Origin: the human T2T-CHM13v2.0 reference genome, Homo sapiens
Strand: one strand, 5' to 3'
DNA: 64,000 bases
Assembly: GCF_009914755.1 (NCBI RefSeq)
Contig: NC_060945.1
How positions within the stretch are numbered: the first letter of the stretch is position 1; each line of letters opens with the position of its first letter. Positions 37,993 through 51,669 of this stretch are shown piece after piece. Below the pieces are notes generated by a model. That model did not search any database and had not been told where the DNA came from. It was given only the letters and a program-made list of their open reading frames with translations. The position numbers were made by a program, and so were the translations under genes.

Positions 37993-40325
37993 CAGGCATA
38001 CCTCGAAGATATTGTGGGTTTGGTTCCAGACCACCATAATAAAGCAAATATCACAATCAAGCAAGTCATATAAATTTTTCCATTTTCCAGAGCATATAAA
38101 AGTATGTTTACGATATATTATAGTCTATTAGGTGTGCAGTAGCATTGTCTAAAAATGTACATACCTTATTTAAAAAATATTTTATTGCCTAACAAGGCTA
38201 TCACCTGAGCTTTCAGTGAGTTGTAATCTTTTTGCTGGTGGAATGTTGATCAGGGTGGTGGTTGCTGACTCTTAAAATAAGACATTTGAAGTTGGCCTCA
38301 TCAGTTGACTCTTCCTTTCACGAAAGATTTCTCTGTAGAAAATGTTGTTTGATAGCATTTTACGCACAGTAGAACTTATTTCAAAATTAGAGTCAATCCT
38401 CTCAAACTTTGTCACTGCTTTATCAGCTACATTTATGTAATATTCTAAGTCATTTGTTGCCATTTCAATAATGTTCACAGCATCCTCACCAGGATTAGAT
38501 TTCACTGGAAACCACTTTGCTCACCCATAAGAAGTAACTCCTTATCCATTCAGGTTTTATCACGAGATTGCAGCAATTCCGTCACATCTTTAGCTTCGAC
38601 CTCTAATTCTAGTTCTCTTATTTCCACCACATTTGCAGTGACTTCTTCCTCTGAAGTCTTGAACCCCTCAAAGTCATGCATGAGGGTTAGAATCAACTTC
38701 CAAACTCCTGTTAATGTTGATATTTTGACCTTCTCCCATGAATCATGAATGTTCTTAATGACACTTAAAATGAAGATTTTTTTTTTTCCAGAAGATAGTC
38801 AATTTATTTTTCCCAGATCTATCAGAGAAATCACTATCTATGGCCGCTATACCCTTATGAAATGTATTTCTGAAATGATAAGACTTGAAGATTACAATTA
38901 TTCCTTGATCCAAGGGCTGCAGAATGGATGTGGTGTCAGCAGCATGAAAACATTATTCTCCTGTACATCTCCATCAGAGCTTTTGGGTGACTGGATGCAT
39001 TGCCAATAAGCAGTAATGCTTTTAAAAGAATCCCTTTTTTGAGCAGTAGGTCTCAACAGTGAGTTGTGGGCTTCAAATATTTGATAAACCATGGTGTTAC
39101 CAAATATGCTGTTATCCAGGCTTTGTTGTTCCATTTATAGAGCATAGGCACAGTAGATGTAACATAATTCTTAAGAGCTGTAGGGTTTTCAGAATGGTAA
39201 TGAGCATTGGCTTTAACTTAGAGTTGCCAGCTGCATTAGCCTATCTTTTGAATTTTTGAAGCCAGGCACTGACTTCTCTTTAGAAGTCCTAGATGGCATC
39301 TTCTTCCAGTAGAAGAGTGTTTCATCTACATTGAAAATCTGTTGTTTAGCTTAGCCACTTTCATCAATGATCTTAGGTAGCTCTTCTGGTTAACTTGCCA
39401 CAACTTCTACATTAGCACTCACTGCTTCACCTTGTACTTTATATTATAAAGAAGGCTTCTTTCCTTAAAAATCATGAAGCAATCTCTACTAACTTCAAAC
39501 TTTTCTTGTACGGCCTCCTTATTGCTCTCAGCTTTCATAAAGTTAAAGAGAGCTGGGGTCTTTCTCTGGATTAAACTTTGGCCTGAGGGCATGTTGTGGC
39601 TGGTTTGATCTATCCAGACTATTAAAACATTCTCCATGTCAACAATGCATCTGTTTTGTTCTCTGATCATTCTTGTGTTCACTGGAATAGCATTTTTAAT
39701 TTCCTTCAAGAATTCTCCCTTTGCATTCACAACTTGGCTGTTTGGTGCAGAAACCTAGCTTCTGGCCTATCTTGACTTCCAACATGCCTTTCTCACTAAG
39801 CTTATTAATAATGTCTAGTTTTTGATTTAAAGTGTGAGATATGTGACTCTTCCTTTCACCTGAACACTTGAGTGTTGAACACTAAGTGTTCACTTGAACA
39901 CTTTGAGGCCATTGTGGGGTTATCAATTGGCTTAATTTCAATATTGTGTCTCAAGGAACAGGGAGGCCTGAAGAGAGGGAGAGAGGTGGGAAACAGCCAG
40001 TTGATGGAGCAGTCAGAACACAAACATTTATTAAGTTTGCCTTCTTATATGGGCGGGGTTTGTGGCATCCCCAAACAATTACAATAGGAACATCAAAGAT
40101 AACTGCTCACAGATCACCATAACAGATATAATAATAACGAAAAAGTTTGAAATATTGCTAGAATTACCAAAATGTGACACAGAGGCACAAAGTGAGCACA
40201 TGCTGTTGGAGTAATAGCATCGATAGACTTGCTCAACACGGGGTTGCCACAAACCTTTAATTTGTAAAAAGCGCAGTATCTGCGAAGCACAATAAAGCGA
40301 AGCGCAAGAAAACAAGATATGCCTG
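37993..40325 (-). mobile_element. Near-full-length Tigger1 DNA transposon (pogo/TcMar)
   Basis: TIRs CAGGCATACCTCG... and ...CAAGATATGCCTG, TA duplicated on both sides, 2333 bp; transposase remnants on the minus strand. Confidence 0.95.
38272..39800 (-). pseudogene. Disrupted Tigger1 transposase (TIGD1/CENP-B-like)
   Basis: ORF 39419-39730 (NAKGEFLKEIKNAIPVNTRMIR..WIDQTSHN..EKFEVSR..FKER) and ORF 38272-38505 ([20 protein letters not shown]) match the recalled Tigger1 transposase; many stops and frameshifts. Confidence 0.88.
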
Positions 40326-40779
40326 TAGTTTGAAGGACATTTTCACCTTCTCATATATGTACTATATTTATTAAGCCAAGATTATCTGGTAAGAAAACAT
40401 ATTTCATTTTATAAATGTCACAATTCATGACAGATACTTTCATAGTTAATGAGAGTTTACAGTACATGTGACTATTTAGATAAGGCACTTATTTTTGACA
40501 CTGTGTTTTATGTTACAAGTATTGTAGTTTCACAACACGCAATAAGGTGGTCCCCTGACCTTGCTATGCCAAGGAATCTGAAATAAGCTTGACCTTGCTT
40601 TATAATCCTATTCTTCTCTCCATCTCCTACTTTAAAAGAAGGATTACACTGCATTACAATAAAATGAACTGATATATAAAGAGTACATAGCCAGGTGGTG
40701 GCACATAGAAAATGATCAGTGGACATTATCTGCTCTTACTGTTGTTAGTGGAAGAGGTATGTGTCTTTGAAATATGCTG

Positions 40780-40965
40780 GATGCTTTGCTGAGTCGTTTA
40801 TAGTGATCACATCTACTCCTCAAAAGAACCATGGGAAATAGGTGACATCATTTCCATTTCTAGATGAAGAAACTGGGCTCAGAGAAGTTCAGAATTTGTC
40901 CTAGAGAGTGGGGGGCAGAGCCAGCATTTAAGCCAGACTGGTCCAATTTTGAAGTACTTCCACTC
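40780..40965 (-). mobile_element. MIR
   Basis: CCATTTCTAGATGAAGAAACTGGGCTCAGAGAAGTT..GGCAGAGCCAGCATTTAAGCCAG. Confidence 0.75.
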
Positions 40966-41320
40966 CTCAGTGATGATTTCTGTACTGCCAAAGAAGACCA
41001 AGCAGAGGTTAGTATGGTGGGGAGGGGTAGGGTGTGTGCATAGAAAGATGTTCTCCAGTTCTTTCTCCAGTTACCAGGTTGTGGATTGAATAATGTGATT
41101 AATATACTGGAATTCATTTTGTATATAGTTACATATATAATATATATTATATATTTATATGTATACATCTTTTCCCAATGAAAGAAAAACATACATTTTA
41201 CTTAAATTTCCACATCTATTTTTCCTATTATTTCATTATAAATGTGTTCATTAAATATTCTTTGATCACAAGATTTAACACATCACATGTAAACAGCAAC
41301 AAACCTGTAAACAAGAACTA

Positions 41321-41619
<299 letters not shown>

Positions 41620-41652
41620 AAGAGGTAAATGTAATACTTTTTGATTAACATG

Positions 41653-42011
41653 TGATACGGTTTGACTTTGTCCTCATCCAAATCTCTCCTTGAATTGTAA
41701 TAATCCCCATGTGTCAAGGCCAGGCCAGGTGAAGATAATTGAATGATGGGGGCGGGGGTTTCCCCCATGCTGTTCTTGTTGTAGGGAATAAATCTCACGA
41801 GATCTGATGGTTTTACAAAGGGGAGTTCCCCTGCACATGCCCTCTTGTCTACTGCCACGTAAGATGTGTCTTTGTTCCTCCTCCACCCTTCTGCCATGAT
41901 TGTGAGGCTTCCCCAGCAATATGGAATTGTGAGTCAATTAAACCTCTTTCCTTTATAAATTACCCAGTCTTAGGTATGTCTTTATTAGCAGCATGAGAAC
42001 AGACTAATACA
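41653..42011 (+). mobile_element. THE1C-like solo LTR
   Basis: TGATACGGTTTG...AGACTAATACA; near-TSD ACATG/ACATA. Confidence 0.9.
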
Positions 42012-42139
42012 ACATATTAAAACCTCACTGATGTAAATCCTAGACATTTTGATTTGAAATGAAACTTCCAACTTCAAACCTGACTGCATGTTAGGTTTGC
42101 CTGGCAGCTCTGGGACTATGGGGACAACAACCATCACCA

Positions 42140-42258
42140 CCACCCCATGCCTGGGACTCAGCCGCAAAGATGGTGTTTTAACTGATGGGGGAGTTGATAC
42201 TGTTTGAAACCTCCCCAGGGGATTCTAATGAGTCATCAGGGCTGGGAATCACTGGCCT
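42140..42258. mobile_element. MER5-type hAT fragment
   Basis: AAACCTCCCCAGGGGATTCTAATG..CAGGGCTGGGAATCACTG. Confidence 0.6.
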
Positions 42259-42344
42259 AAAAAAGTAGAAGCACCTACTTGAATGGGACAATAAATACTT
42301 GCTGAAACAGATTAAGTACTCAGTACTTTAAAACCAATGCCCTT

Positions 42345-42635
42345 GGTCGGGTGTGGTGGCTTGTTTCTGTAATCCCAGCACTTCAGGAAGCTGAGGCAGG
42401 TTGATCACTTGAGATCAGGAGTTCGAGACCAGCCTGGCCAACATGGTGGAACCCTGTCTCTACTAAAAATACAAAAATTAGCTGGGCCTGGTGGCGGACA
42501 CCTGTAGTCCCAACTTCTCAGGAGGCTGAGGCAGGAGAGTCACTTGAACCTGGGAGGCAGAGGTTGCAGTGAGCCAAGATCACACCACTGTGCTCCAGCT
42601 GGGGTGACAGAGTGAGACTCTGTCTCAAAAAAAAA
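42345..42635 (+). mobile_element. AluS
   Basis: Full Alu; TSD AAAA(C/T)CAATGC. Confidence 0.95.
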
Positions 42636-43323
42636 AAAATCAATGCTCTCATCTGCACAGCATCCATGAAAGAATTTTCCTTTGGTCTTTAACCTTCCTC
42701 AGATGCTATCTCCTTCTCCAGACCTATTTGTCTCTAAAGAGTAGAGGCTGCTCAAAGTTTCTATTTCCTCCACTTCTTAATCCATCTCAAACAACAGTCA
42801 TGATCTCCATCCTCCTGCAACTGATCTTATCAAGCCTCAATCAGTAATTCATTTACTGTATCTTAATATGTAATTTATAACTAATATATAACATCAATGT
42901 ATATTGAAGACCTACCTGAAGACTGCAGTGGGTCATAAGAGGGCTATTGAATGCCTGAGTCTCTAGGAATTGATAAGATTATAGAGTTGAACAAAGATTT
43001 TAAAATTACCTTGTCCTGTGCTTCTCAAGATAATTTCATTTAGAGTGACACATCCCTTTATTTGGGAAGCTTATTTGAAATGTCAGCAGGTAATAAAAGA
43101 GAGGGTGGGGCTACTTTGTGTGGTATTGATGGTGGGGACAGAGCCCTGATTGCTGGGTTCTGTCCACCTTTCTGTCCACTGTTCCCTCAGAGATAGCCCT
43201 TAGAGATCTCCACAGACCCTCTGCATCTCTGCAAAGGACAGTTTGGAAACTACCCATCTAGTCTTGATCCCTTTCAGATACAACACAGGATATGTCTGCC
43301 ACCTTAAGAAGCTTCTAGGTTTT

Positions 43324-43598
43324 CTTTCTGTTTCTTTTTTTCTTTTTTGAGATGGAGTCTCACTCTGTTGCCCAGGCAGTCTCCCAAGTAGCTGAGACTA
43401 CAGGCGCCGCCACCATGCCCAGCTAATTTTGCTGAGACTACAGGTGCCTGCCGCCATGCCCAGCTGATTTTTGTATATTTAGTAGAGATGGGGTTTCATC
43501 GTATTGGCCTGGCTGGTCTCGAAATCCTGACCTTGTGATCCCCCCACCTCGGCCTCCCAAAGTGCTGGGATTACAGGCGTGAGCCACCATGCCTGGCC
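43324..43598 (-). mobile_element. AluS (Sc/Sg-like) with an internal deletion plus a 40-bp tandem duplication
   Basis: CCCAGGC|AGT|CTCCCAAG deletion; GCTGAGACTACAGG...CAGCT(A/G)ATTTT occurs twice; TSD CTTC(T/C)AGGTTTT. Confidence 0.93.
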
Positions 43599-43644
43599 AC
43601 TTCCAGGTTTTATAAGTAAAACACCTGTCAGTGTTAAAAACATT

Positions 43645-43860
43645 ATAACTTATGAGCTCCCATTTACAATGTGTTTATTATTTGGCAGTCACCTTTCTAT
43701 GTCACATGTAGTGACTTGTTTGGTCTCACAACAGTACTGTGACTGCAGTTATTATCACTCCCATTTTATTGATGAGTACACAGAAGCAGGAGGCTTTAAT
43801 CTGCTTGCCAGTCACAGCTGGGGAATGTACTTATGAGCCCATGCTCTTAACTGGTAACAC
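43645..43860 (-). mobile_element. MIR
   Basis: CTCACAACAGTACTGTGA..CTCCCATTTTATTGATGAG. Confidence 0.65.
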
Positions 43861-44164
43861 TTTGCCTTGTATTAATATATACAAGGATTCTGTCTGGTAG
43901 CCTGCACCACACAGACACCATGTCTTTGTGCATATACATTATTTAACCAACAGATCTTTAGTACTGGTGGCTCATTATTCATTAGTGGCAGATACTGTAG
44001 ATACAGGAGTTAATGCCATGCTAGGAAGACAGACAACACACCTGTAAACAAATAAGGAAATAAGATGATGCAGTAGGGAAGAGCAAAGAAGAATATATGA
44101 CGGTGAAGCCACAGGAGTTACCAGGGTGACGGTGCATCTTACTTCCTACAGGCTTGCTAGAACC

Positions 44165-44330
44165 TTGCCGCTCAAAGGGTGTCCAGCAGCCGGGGAGGAT
44201 TGTGTCATATGAAAGGTTGTTAGAAACAAAGAATCTGGAGAATCACCTGAGACTTACCCCAGATTCAGAATCTGCATTTTAAGAAGCTTCCCAAGTGATT
44301 CATGTGCACATTAAAATGTGAGGGGCACTG
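44165..44330. mobile_element. MER5A-like hAT MITE
   Basis: TTGTTAGAAACAAAGAATCT..CAGAATCTGCATTTTAAGAAGCTTCCCAAGTGATTCATGTGCACATTAAAATGTGAG. Confidence 0.75.
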
Positions 44331-44487
44331 AACAGCAGAGGGCATGTTTCTGTTGCTAACAGCCAAGATTCATTCTTTCTCTCCCCTGACCATTCACACA
44401 CACACACAAACACAAAATATATGTACATAAATAAAAAATATGGACTTTGCATTTTGAAATGTTACATTGTAATATAAGAACAGTCCT

Positions 44488-44853
<366 letters not shown>

Positions 44854-45191
44854 CTAATGATATAATTGGGGGTTATTTGCTGATTCAACATGAAATAATT
44901 CATAGCACTGACTAAAAGGAACATAAAAGAAAAGCTAAGTAAAATTTCTATATATTCTTTTAAAATATGAAATTTAATGCTTCAACTCCAATAAAATGAG
45001 TAAAAAATACACTGTAAAGTTAAGTATATAAAGAACTTCAATTTGCTGTAAAAAAGATATATAGTATATAAATATGATTCCAGTGTAAATTTGCTTTAAA
45101 TTAGGATGCCAATTATAAGCATTATTTAAACATTTAATTAAAATGACTGTATTTGCATTTTGATAAGAAAATTCATAATTTTCCAGGCCAC

Positions 45192-45627
45192 TTTTATTTA
45201 TTCGTTTATTATTTTTATAAAATTGTTTAAATTTTTAATATTTTGATACATAGTAGGTGTTTATGGGGTACATGAGGTGTTTTCATACAGGCATCCAATG
45301 TGAAATAATCACATCATGGAGAACGGGGGATCTATCCCCTCAAACATTTATCCTTTCAGTTACAAACAATCCACTTAAACTCTTTTAAGTTATTTTAAAC
45401 TGTACAACTAAGTTATTATTGACTATAGTCACCCTGTTGTGCTATCAAATAGGTGTTATCCCCACTACTTTATTTGTATCCATTAAACATCTCCACCTCC
45501 CTCACCCACCAGTACCCTTTCTAGCCTCTGGTAACCATTTTTCTGCTCTCTATGTCCGTGAGTTCAATTGTTTTTATTTTCAGATCCCACAAATAAGTGA
45601 GAACATGTGACATTTGTCTGTCTGTTG
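45192..45627 (-). mobile_element. L1MA1-3-like 3' end
   Basis: TTATGGGGTACATGAG..AATAATCACATCATGGAGAA..; TSD TCCAGGCCAC (45182-45191 and 45628-45637). Confidence 0.9.
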
Positions 45628-45974
45628 TCCAGGCCACATTTAAAGACCATCTAGTTTTATTTCAACACATACAACCTTTTTCTCTGAGGACAAGTAACAC
45701 TCAGAATCATCCTGATTATCTTAGAGTTTTCAGAAACTAGTACTCAGAGTACTGAGGTGTTATTTCAGCAAAGGTTGGTGGCACTTTTCTTACTAAAGAC
45801 ACTTAGAAAATAGAAACCACCCCAAATACCCCTACTTGGCACTGCCCAGCCTTTTCAGTTTCCTCAGAGATTTTGTATAGCAAAGGTCAATCAGAAGCCA
45901 CTGGGGGAAGAAAAAAAAAAACTACCAAGGGACTCAAGTCCTTTCAAAGCCAGCTGAACAATCATCATCCCAAA

Positions 45975-46078
45975 CAATAATCCCAGTTTGCCTAGGACTT
46001 TCCTGGGTTTAGCACTGAAAGTCCCAATTCCCAGGAACCCTCTCAGTTCCTGGAAAACTGGAATGGTTGGTCTCTCTA
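45975..46078. mobile_element. MER94-like hAT-Blackjack MITE
   Basis: ATCCCAGTTTGCCTAGGACTTTCCTGG..CACTGAAAGTCCC..AAACTGGAATGGTTGGTC. Confidence 0.7.
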
Positions 46079-46084
46079 GGTCAC

Positions 46085-46452
46085 TGGTACGGTTAGGCTT
46101 TCTATCCCCACCCACATCTCATCTTGAATTGTAATTCCCATCATCCCCATGTGGCAAAGGAGAGACTAGGCGGAGGGATCATGGGGGCGGTCTCCCCCAT
46201 TCTGTTCTCGTGATAGTGAGTTCTCACAAGATCTGATGGTTTTATAAGGGGCTCTTTCTCCTTTGCTCAGCACGTCTCCTTCCTGCCATCTTGTGAAGAA
46301 GTGCCTTGCTTCCCTTTCACCTTCTGCCATGATTGTAAGTTTCCTGAGGCCTCTCCAGCCATCCTGAACTGTGAGTCAATTAAACCTCTTTCCTTTCTAA
46401 ATTACCCAATGTTAGGTAGTTCTTTATAGCAGTATGAAAACGGACTAATATA
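46085..46452 (+). mobile_element. THE1D-like solo LTR
   Basis: TGGTACGGTT...GGACTAATATA; perfect TSD GTCAC. Confidence 0.92.
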
Positions 46453-47121
46453 GTCACTAAAGATTAATTTTTAAAAATGGGTTTCACAGAATTGTGACAC
46501 AATATTGGGTTTTATTTTGCTACTTGCAAAGAAAATCCTCCCAAAATATTAAAACTCAACACCAAAGAGTATCAAATGTTAATTTAATAGTATCAAATGA
46601 ATAGAACATGTATCTGGTAAAAAGAAAAACAGAAATTGCCATCGCCTTTTTCTTCCCTTTCTTAATATTGTGTTATAGCCTGTTTGGGAGAAAGCAGAAA
46701 AATAGACATTGCCTTTATGATTCACTAAACCACTGAGCTCCAAAATGGAGGTAAATGAAGCCAATATTAACAGTTCTATTTTTATTGATTTAATTTTGCT
46801 AAAACTGAATAATAGAAATTATGCTTTACTCATGTGTAATATACAGATTGATACTAGTGTCTTCAGTGGACCAGTAAGTCAGAATGCATACTTCTGGAGG
46901 GAGGATGGGGTGACATCGGTTCCTTCTGCCATTGGTTTATTTCTGAGAATCTTAGGGTGTATTATCAGTGACGTACTATACGAGGTCACCTTTGTGTTAA
47001 TTTATAAAAATGAGACCTTTGAATATGTGATACTTTTTGAGATGGAATGTATTAATCAGCTTTTACTGTGTAACAAAGCATTTGAAAACTTAGTGGCTTG
47101 AAACAACAACTTTTATTCTTT

Positions 47122-47445
<324 letters not shown>

Positions 47446-47577
47446 TGAAGCCTGAACGAAAGCTGAGTGGTTCTTCTGATGTCCTTGTTTGAGGTGGGTT
47501 AAACTAGGACGACTTTATTACTTTATTAGTAAGTATGGCGGGCTGGGAGTGCTGGGACAATCCCCTATGCCACATGA

Positions 47578-47908
<331 letters not shown>

Positions 47909-48259
47909 TAGTCTGGATTTCTTCACTTGCCGATTAATGAAGAGCAAACAGCAGAAAGAGAGAAAGCCACACGCCCTTTTCGAGCCTTTGCTTGCATCAC
48001 GTTTGCTAATGTCTCATTGGCTAAGGCAAGTCACATGGCCAAGCCCAGGTTCAAAGGTTAGAGAAAAATACTCCGCCTTTTTCTTGTAGGGTCTGCAAAA
48101 TCACATTGCAGGAATGGGTAGAATTTATGGCTATGTTGCAAGCAATCACAGAAGTGGAACTAGTAAACCATTAAAATGTTTTGCAACCCAGAAGTTCCTG
48201 GCTCAATTTCTGGCAAAGCATTTAAAAGATGTATTAAAAGATGGCATGCATGATACAAA

Positions 48260-48465
48260 CAATCCAAATTTGCTGACTTTTTCTGTAAAGATAAATGGCT
48301 GTTAGAATCATGTTATGGAGCAAATATTTTGAGCAAATAAACACAGTCTGTCCTTTCAAAGTAAATATGACATTTCAACAATGTGTAAGAAAGCACTAAT
48401 TTTTCAAAAGAAAATTATGGAAAAAAAAAGCCTTTCAAAATAGTTTGAAAATATTTCCAATGTGA
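48260..48465 (+). pseudogene. Degraded hAT-Charlie/Buster transposase fragment
   Basis: Manual translation across frameshifts gives KFADFFCKDKWLLESCYGANI..EQIN..LSFQSKYDISTMCKKALIFKRKLWKK, resembling the WLxxLAYLADIFxxLNxLNLSLQG..KIxAFKxKLxLW block. Confidence 0.55.
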
Positions 48466-48498
48466 ACTTATTCTGTTTTAAAAATGGATGTTAATTAA

Positions 48499-49154
<656 letters not shown>

Positions 49155-49943
49155 AAGGAACAGTAGATTAACATGAGATTAAACATGCCACATATTTTTA
49201 GGTTATCAATTATACTCAAAGATTCATAATAAAATATATTGACACAAAATAGTTATATATTGGAGTAACAGGCAAAAATAAAAAAGCAACATTTACAATG
49301 AAACATGAAACTTCAAATGAATTCTGAAGTTTTTGCCATATCTTCAGACTTGGTGAGGAGATGTGGGAATAGGTATAAGGTGAGACAAACTGCATTTTTA
49401 TGTTTCTCTATCACTAGGGGTTCCTTCCCAGAAAAGCTTGTTTGAGATGTACTATCACCCTATAGGGAACTATCCTTACATATGTAATATCTTGGAATTG
49501 TCTGTTTGCCTATATGTTTTAGATACAATTTTTCTTTTAGTTTAGATTATGTTCTCCAGGACAGGGTTATATTTCTTAATTACTTTTTAGGATAATATAA
49601 GGTCATTATAGTTTTTAATTAATAAAAATTAAAAGTCTTGAAAATCTTTTGAAGTTTTAGTGGGGAGGTAAACAGGTGCAGTAACTTTGGAAAACAGATG
49701 GATATTCATATACCAGGTGAGTTAGCAGTTTTATTCTTAGGAATATATGAGAAGCTCTTGCACATGTTTAAGACTGGTCACAGCAACACTGTTCCTAAAA
49801 GCAAAAACCTGGAAAGAACTCAAATGCACATCAACAGGAGTGTGGATTCAAGAATTGTTGTGTAATCACACAATGAAATATTACATAGCATTCTTACCTA
49901 ATAAGACACTACAATACCCACAATTGGATAAATCTTACAAATA

Positions 49944-50023
49944 TTAGGTTGGAGCAAAAGTAACTGTGTTGTTTTCTATTAAAAGCAATGACGAAAACCG
50001 TAATTACTTTTGCATCAACTTAA
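49944..50023. mobile_element. MADE1 (Hsmar1-derived MITE)
   Basis: 80-bp near-palindrome TTAGGTTGGAGCAAAAGTAA...TTACTTTTGCATCAACTTAA flanked by TA. Confidence 0.93.
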
Positions 50024-50077
50024 TATACTATCCAATGGAAAAAAGTTATCAGGACACTATCTATAGCATACTACCTT

Positions 50078-50295
50078 TACATAATATAAATGCTGGTCCC
50101 TGTATATCAATGTGTCACTGAGTTTTGCAGTTTTGGTAGGTCACACAATAGAAATGAAAGGGTTAGTTTAAATATCTAACTTGTAACACAAATAGCTTTT
50201 TTTAGGCATATTAAAACTTTTACTAAAAAGAAAAAAGATTTAAACGTGTTAGAATGGATATAGCAAATTATGGATTTTATGTTTTTAGTGAATTT
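50078..50295 (+). repeat. Dispersed direct duplication, copy 1 (copy 2 at 51140-51355)
   Basis: About 217 bp of shared sequence, TACATAATATAAATGCTGG...GTTTTTAGTGAATTT, with few substitutions and small indels. Confidence 0.95.
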
Positions 50296-50449
50296 AATAA
50301 TAAATAAATACAAGTATATAGATTTATGTTTATATATAGGTAAAAATTAAAAGAGCAAAACAATATTTTTGTTGAATTGAACGTAATATAATTTTAAAAA
50401 CTGATACTCTCCTGATGTAGTACTTAAGCATTAGATTCCAATTAAGGTT

Positions 50450-50977
50450 CATGGTAGCCAGCCTCCAAGATGGCCCTGAGTGATCCTGAACTCCTCATGT
50501 TCATGCCCTTTTGCAGTACCCTCCTACTTGGATTAGGATGGAGTTTTGTAGCTATAGGATATTGTGGAAATAACCATGTGTGACTTCTGAAGCTAGACTG
50601 TGAAAAGACAATGCAGCTTCTGTCTTGCTCTGTCTTGGGTCTCTCACTTTTATGGGGAGCCAGTCACTATATCATGAGGATTCTCAAGCAGCCCATGGGG
50701 AAGCCCAGAAGAGGAGGATCTGAAGCCTCCTGCTGGGAAACAGCAGCAGGTGAGTGAGCTTTCTTGGGAACAATCCTAAGCTTCGTCCAACCCTTCAGGT
50801 GACTGTGGTCCTGGACAGCATCTTGACTACAACCTCATGAGAGACTCTGAGCCAGAACCACTCAGCTAACTGTTCCCAAATTCCTGACCTGCAGAAACTG
50901 GGAGTTAATACATATTTATTGCTATTTTGAGCTGTTATGATTTACAGTAATTTATTACACAGCCATAGACTAATACA
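50450..50977 (+). mobile_element. MLT1F-like MaLR solo LTR
   Basis: GGTAGCCAGCCTCCAAGATGGCCC..CAACCTCATGAGAGACTCTGAGCCAGAACCAC..GACTAATACA. Confidence 0.85.
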
Positions 50978-51558
50978 AAATTAGCTAGTTATGGTTCTTT
51001 TATACTTAATGCTTCCAGTGGCTATTTTTTTCATACCAAGCGCCTTAACATTCAACATATTAACAATAAATTATTTCAAAATAACTCGTGCTCTGTTATG
51101 TGTCACTTCACATAATATAAATGCTGGTCATAATATATATACATAATATAAATGCTGGACACATCTCAATGTGTCACTGAGTTTTGCAGTTTTAGTAGGT
51201 CACACAATAGAAATGAAAGGGTTAGTTTAAATATCTAACCTGTAACACAAATAGCTTTTTTTAGGCATTTTAAAACTTACTAAAAAGAAAAAAGATTTAA
51301 ACATTGTGTTAGGATGGATATAGCAAATTATGGATTTTATGTTTTTAGTGAATTTTCCTATGGATTTTTCTAGTTTTCCTTTCCCCCATTGATTAAATTA
51401 AAACCTCTATATTATCCATGAGTTCCTTAACAGAAGTCCTGGTGCCTGGAAATTATTTATATAATGAATAATAGCTGCCATTTTTGAGCACTTATCGGGG
51501 TAGAGGTTGTGCTAAGGCTTTTATATTCATTTCCTCATGCAATTAGAAGAATTAGATG

Positions 51559-51599
51559 AGAAAGGAAGGCAATCACCACAGAAAGGAAGGCAATCACCA
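51559..51599. repeat. 21-bp tandem duplication
   Basis: AGAAAGGAAGGCAATCACCA(C) twice. Confidence 0.9.
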
Positions 51600-51669
51600 G
51601 GAAGAGGTATTATCCAGAAAGTAGGAATGAGAAAGGGAAAGATAAAATGATGTTATTTGTTTTCCTTAT

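Larger units (their letters stand above)
49655..50360 (+). mobile_element. L1ME-like 3'UTR fragment interrupted by MADE1 and a duplicated segment
   Basis: AACTTTGGAAAACAG..CAAAAACCTGGAAAGAACTCAAATG..CACAATGAAATATTAC..GGATAAATCTTACAAATAT. Confidence 0.65.

Noticed and set aside
39419-39730. TIGD1-like domesticated gene
   Set aside because: It lies within a TIR-bounded Tigger1 whose transposase has many disabling mutations.
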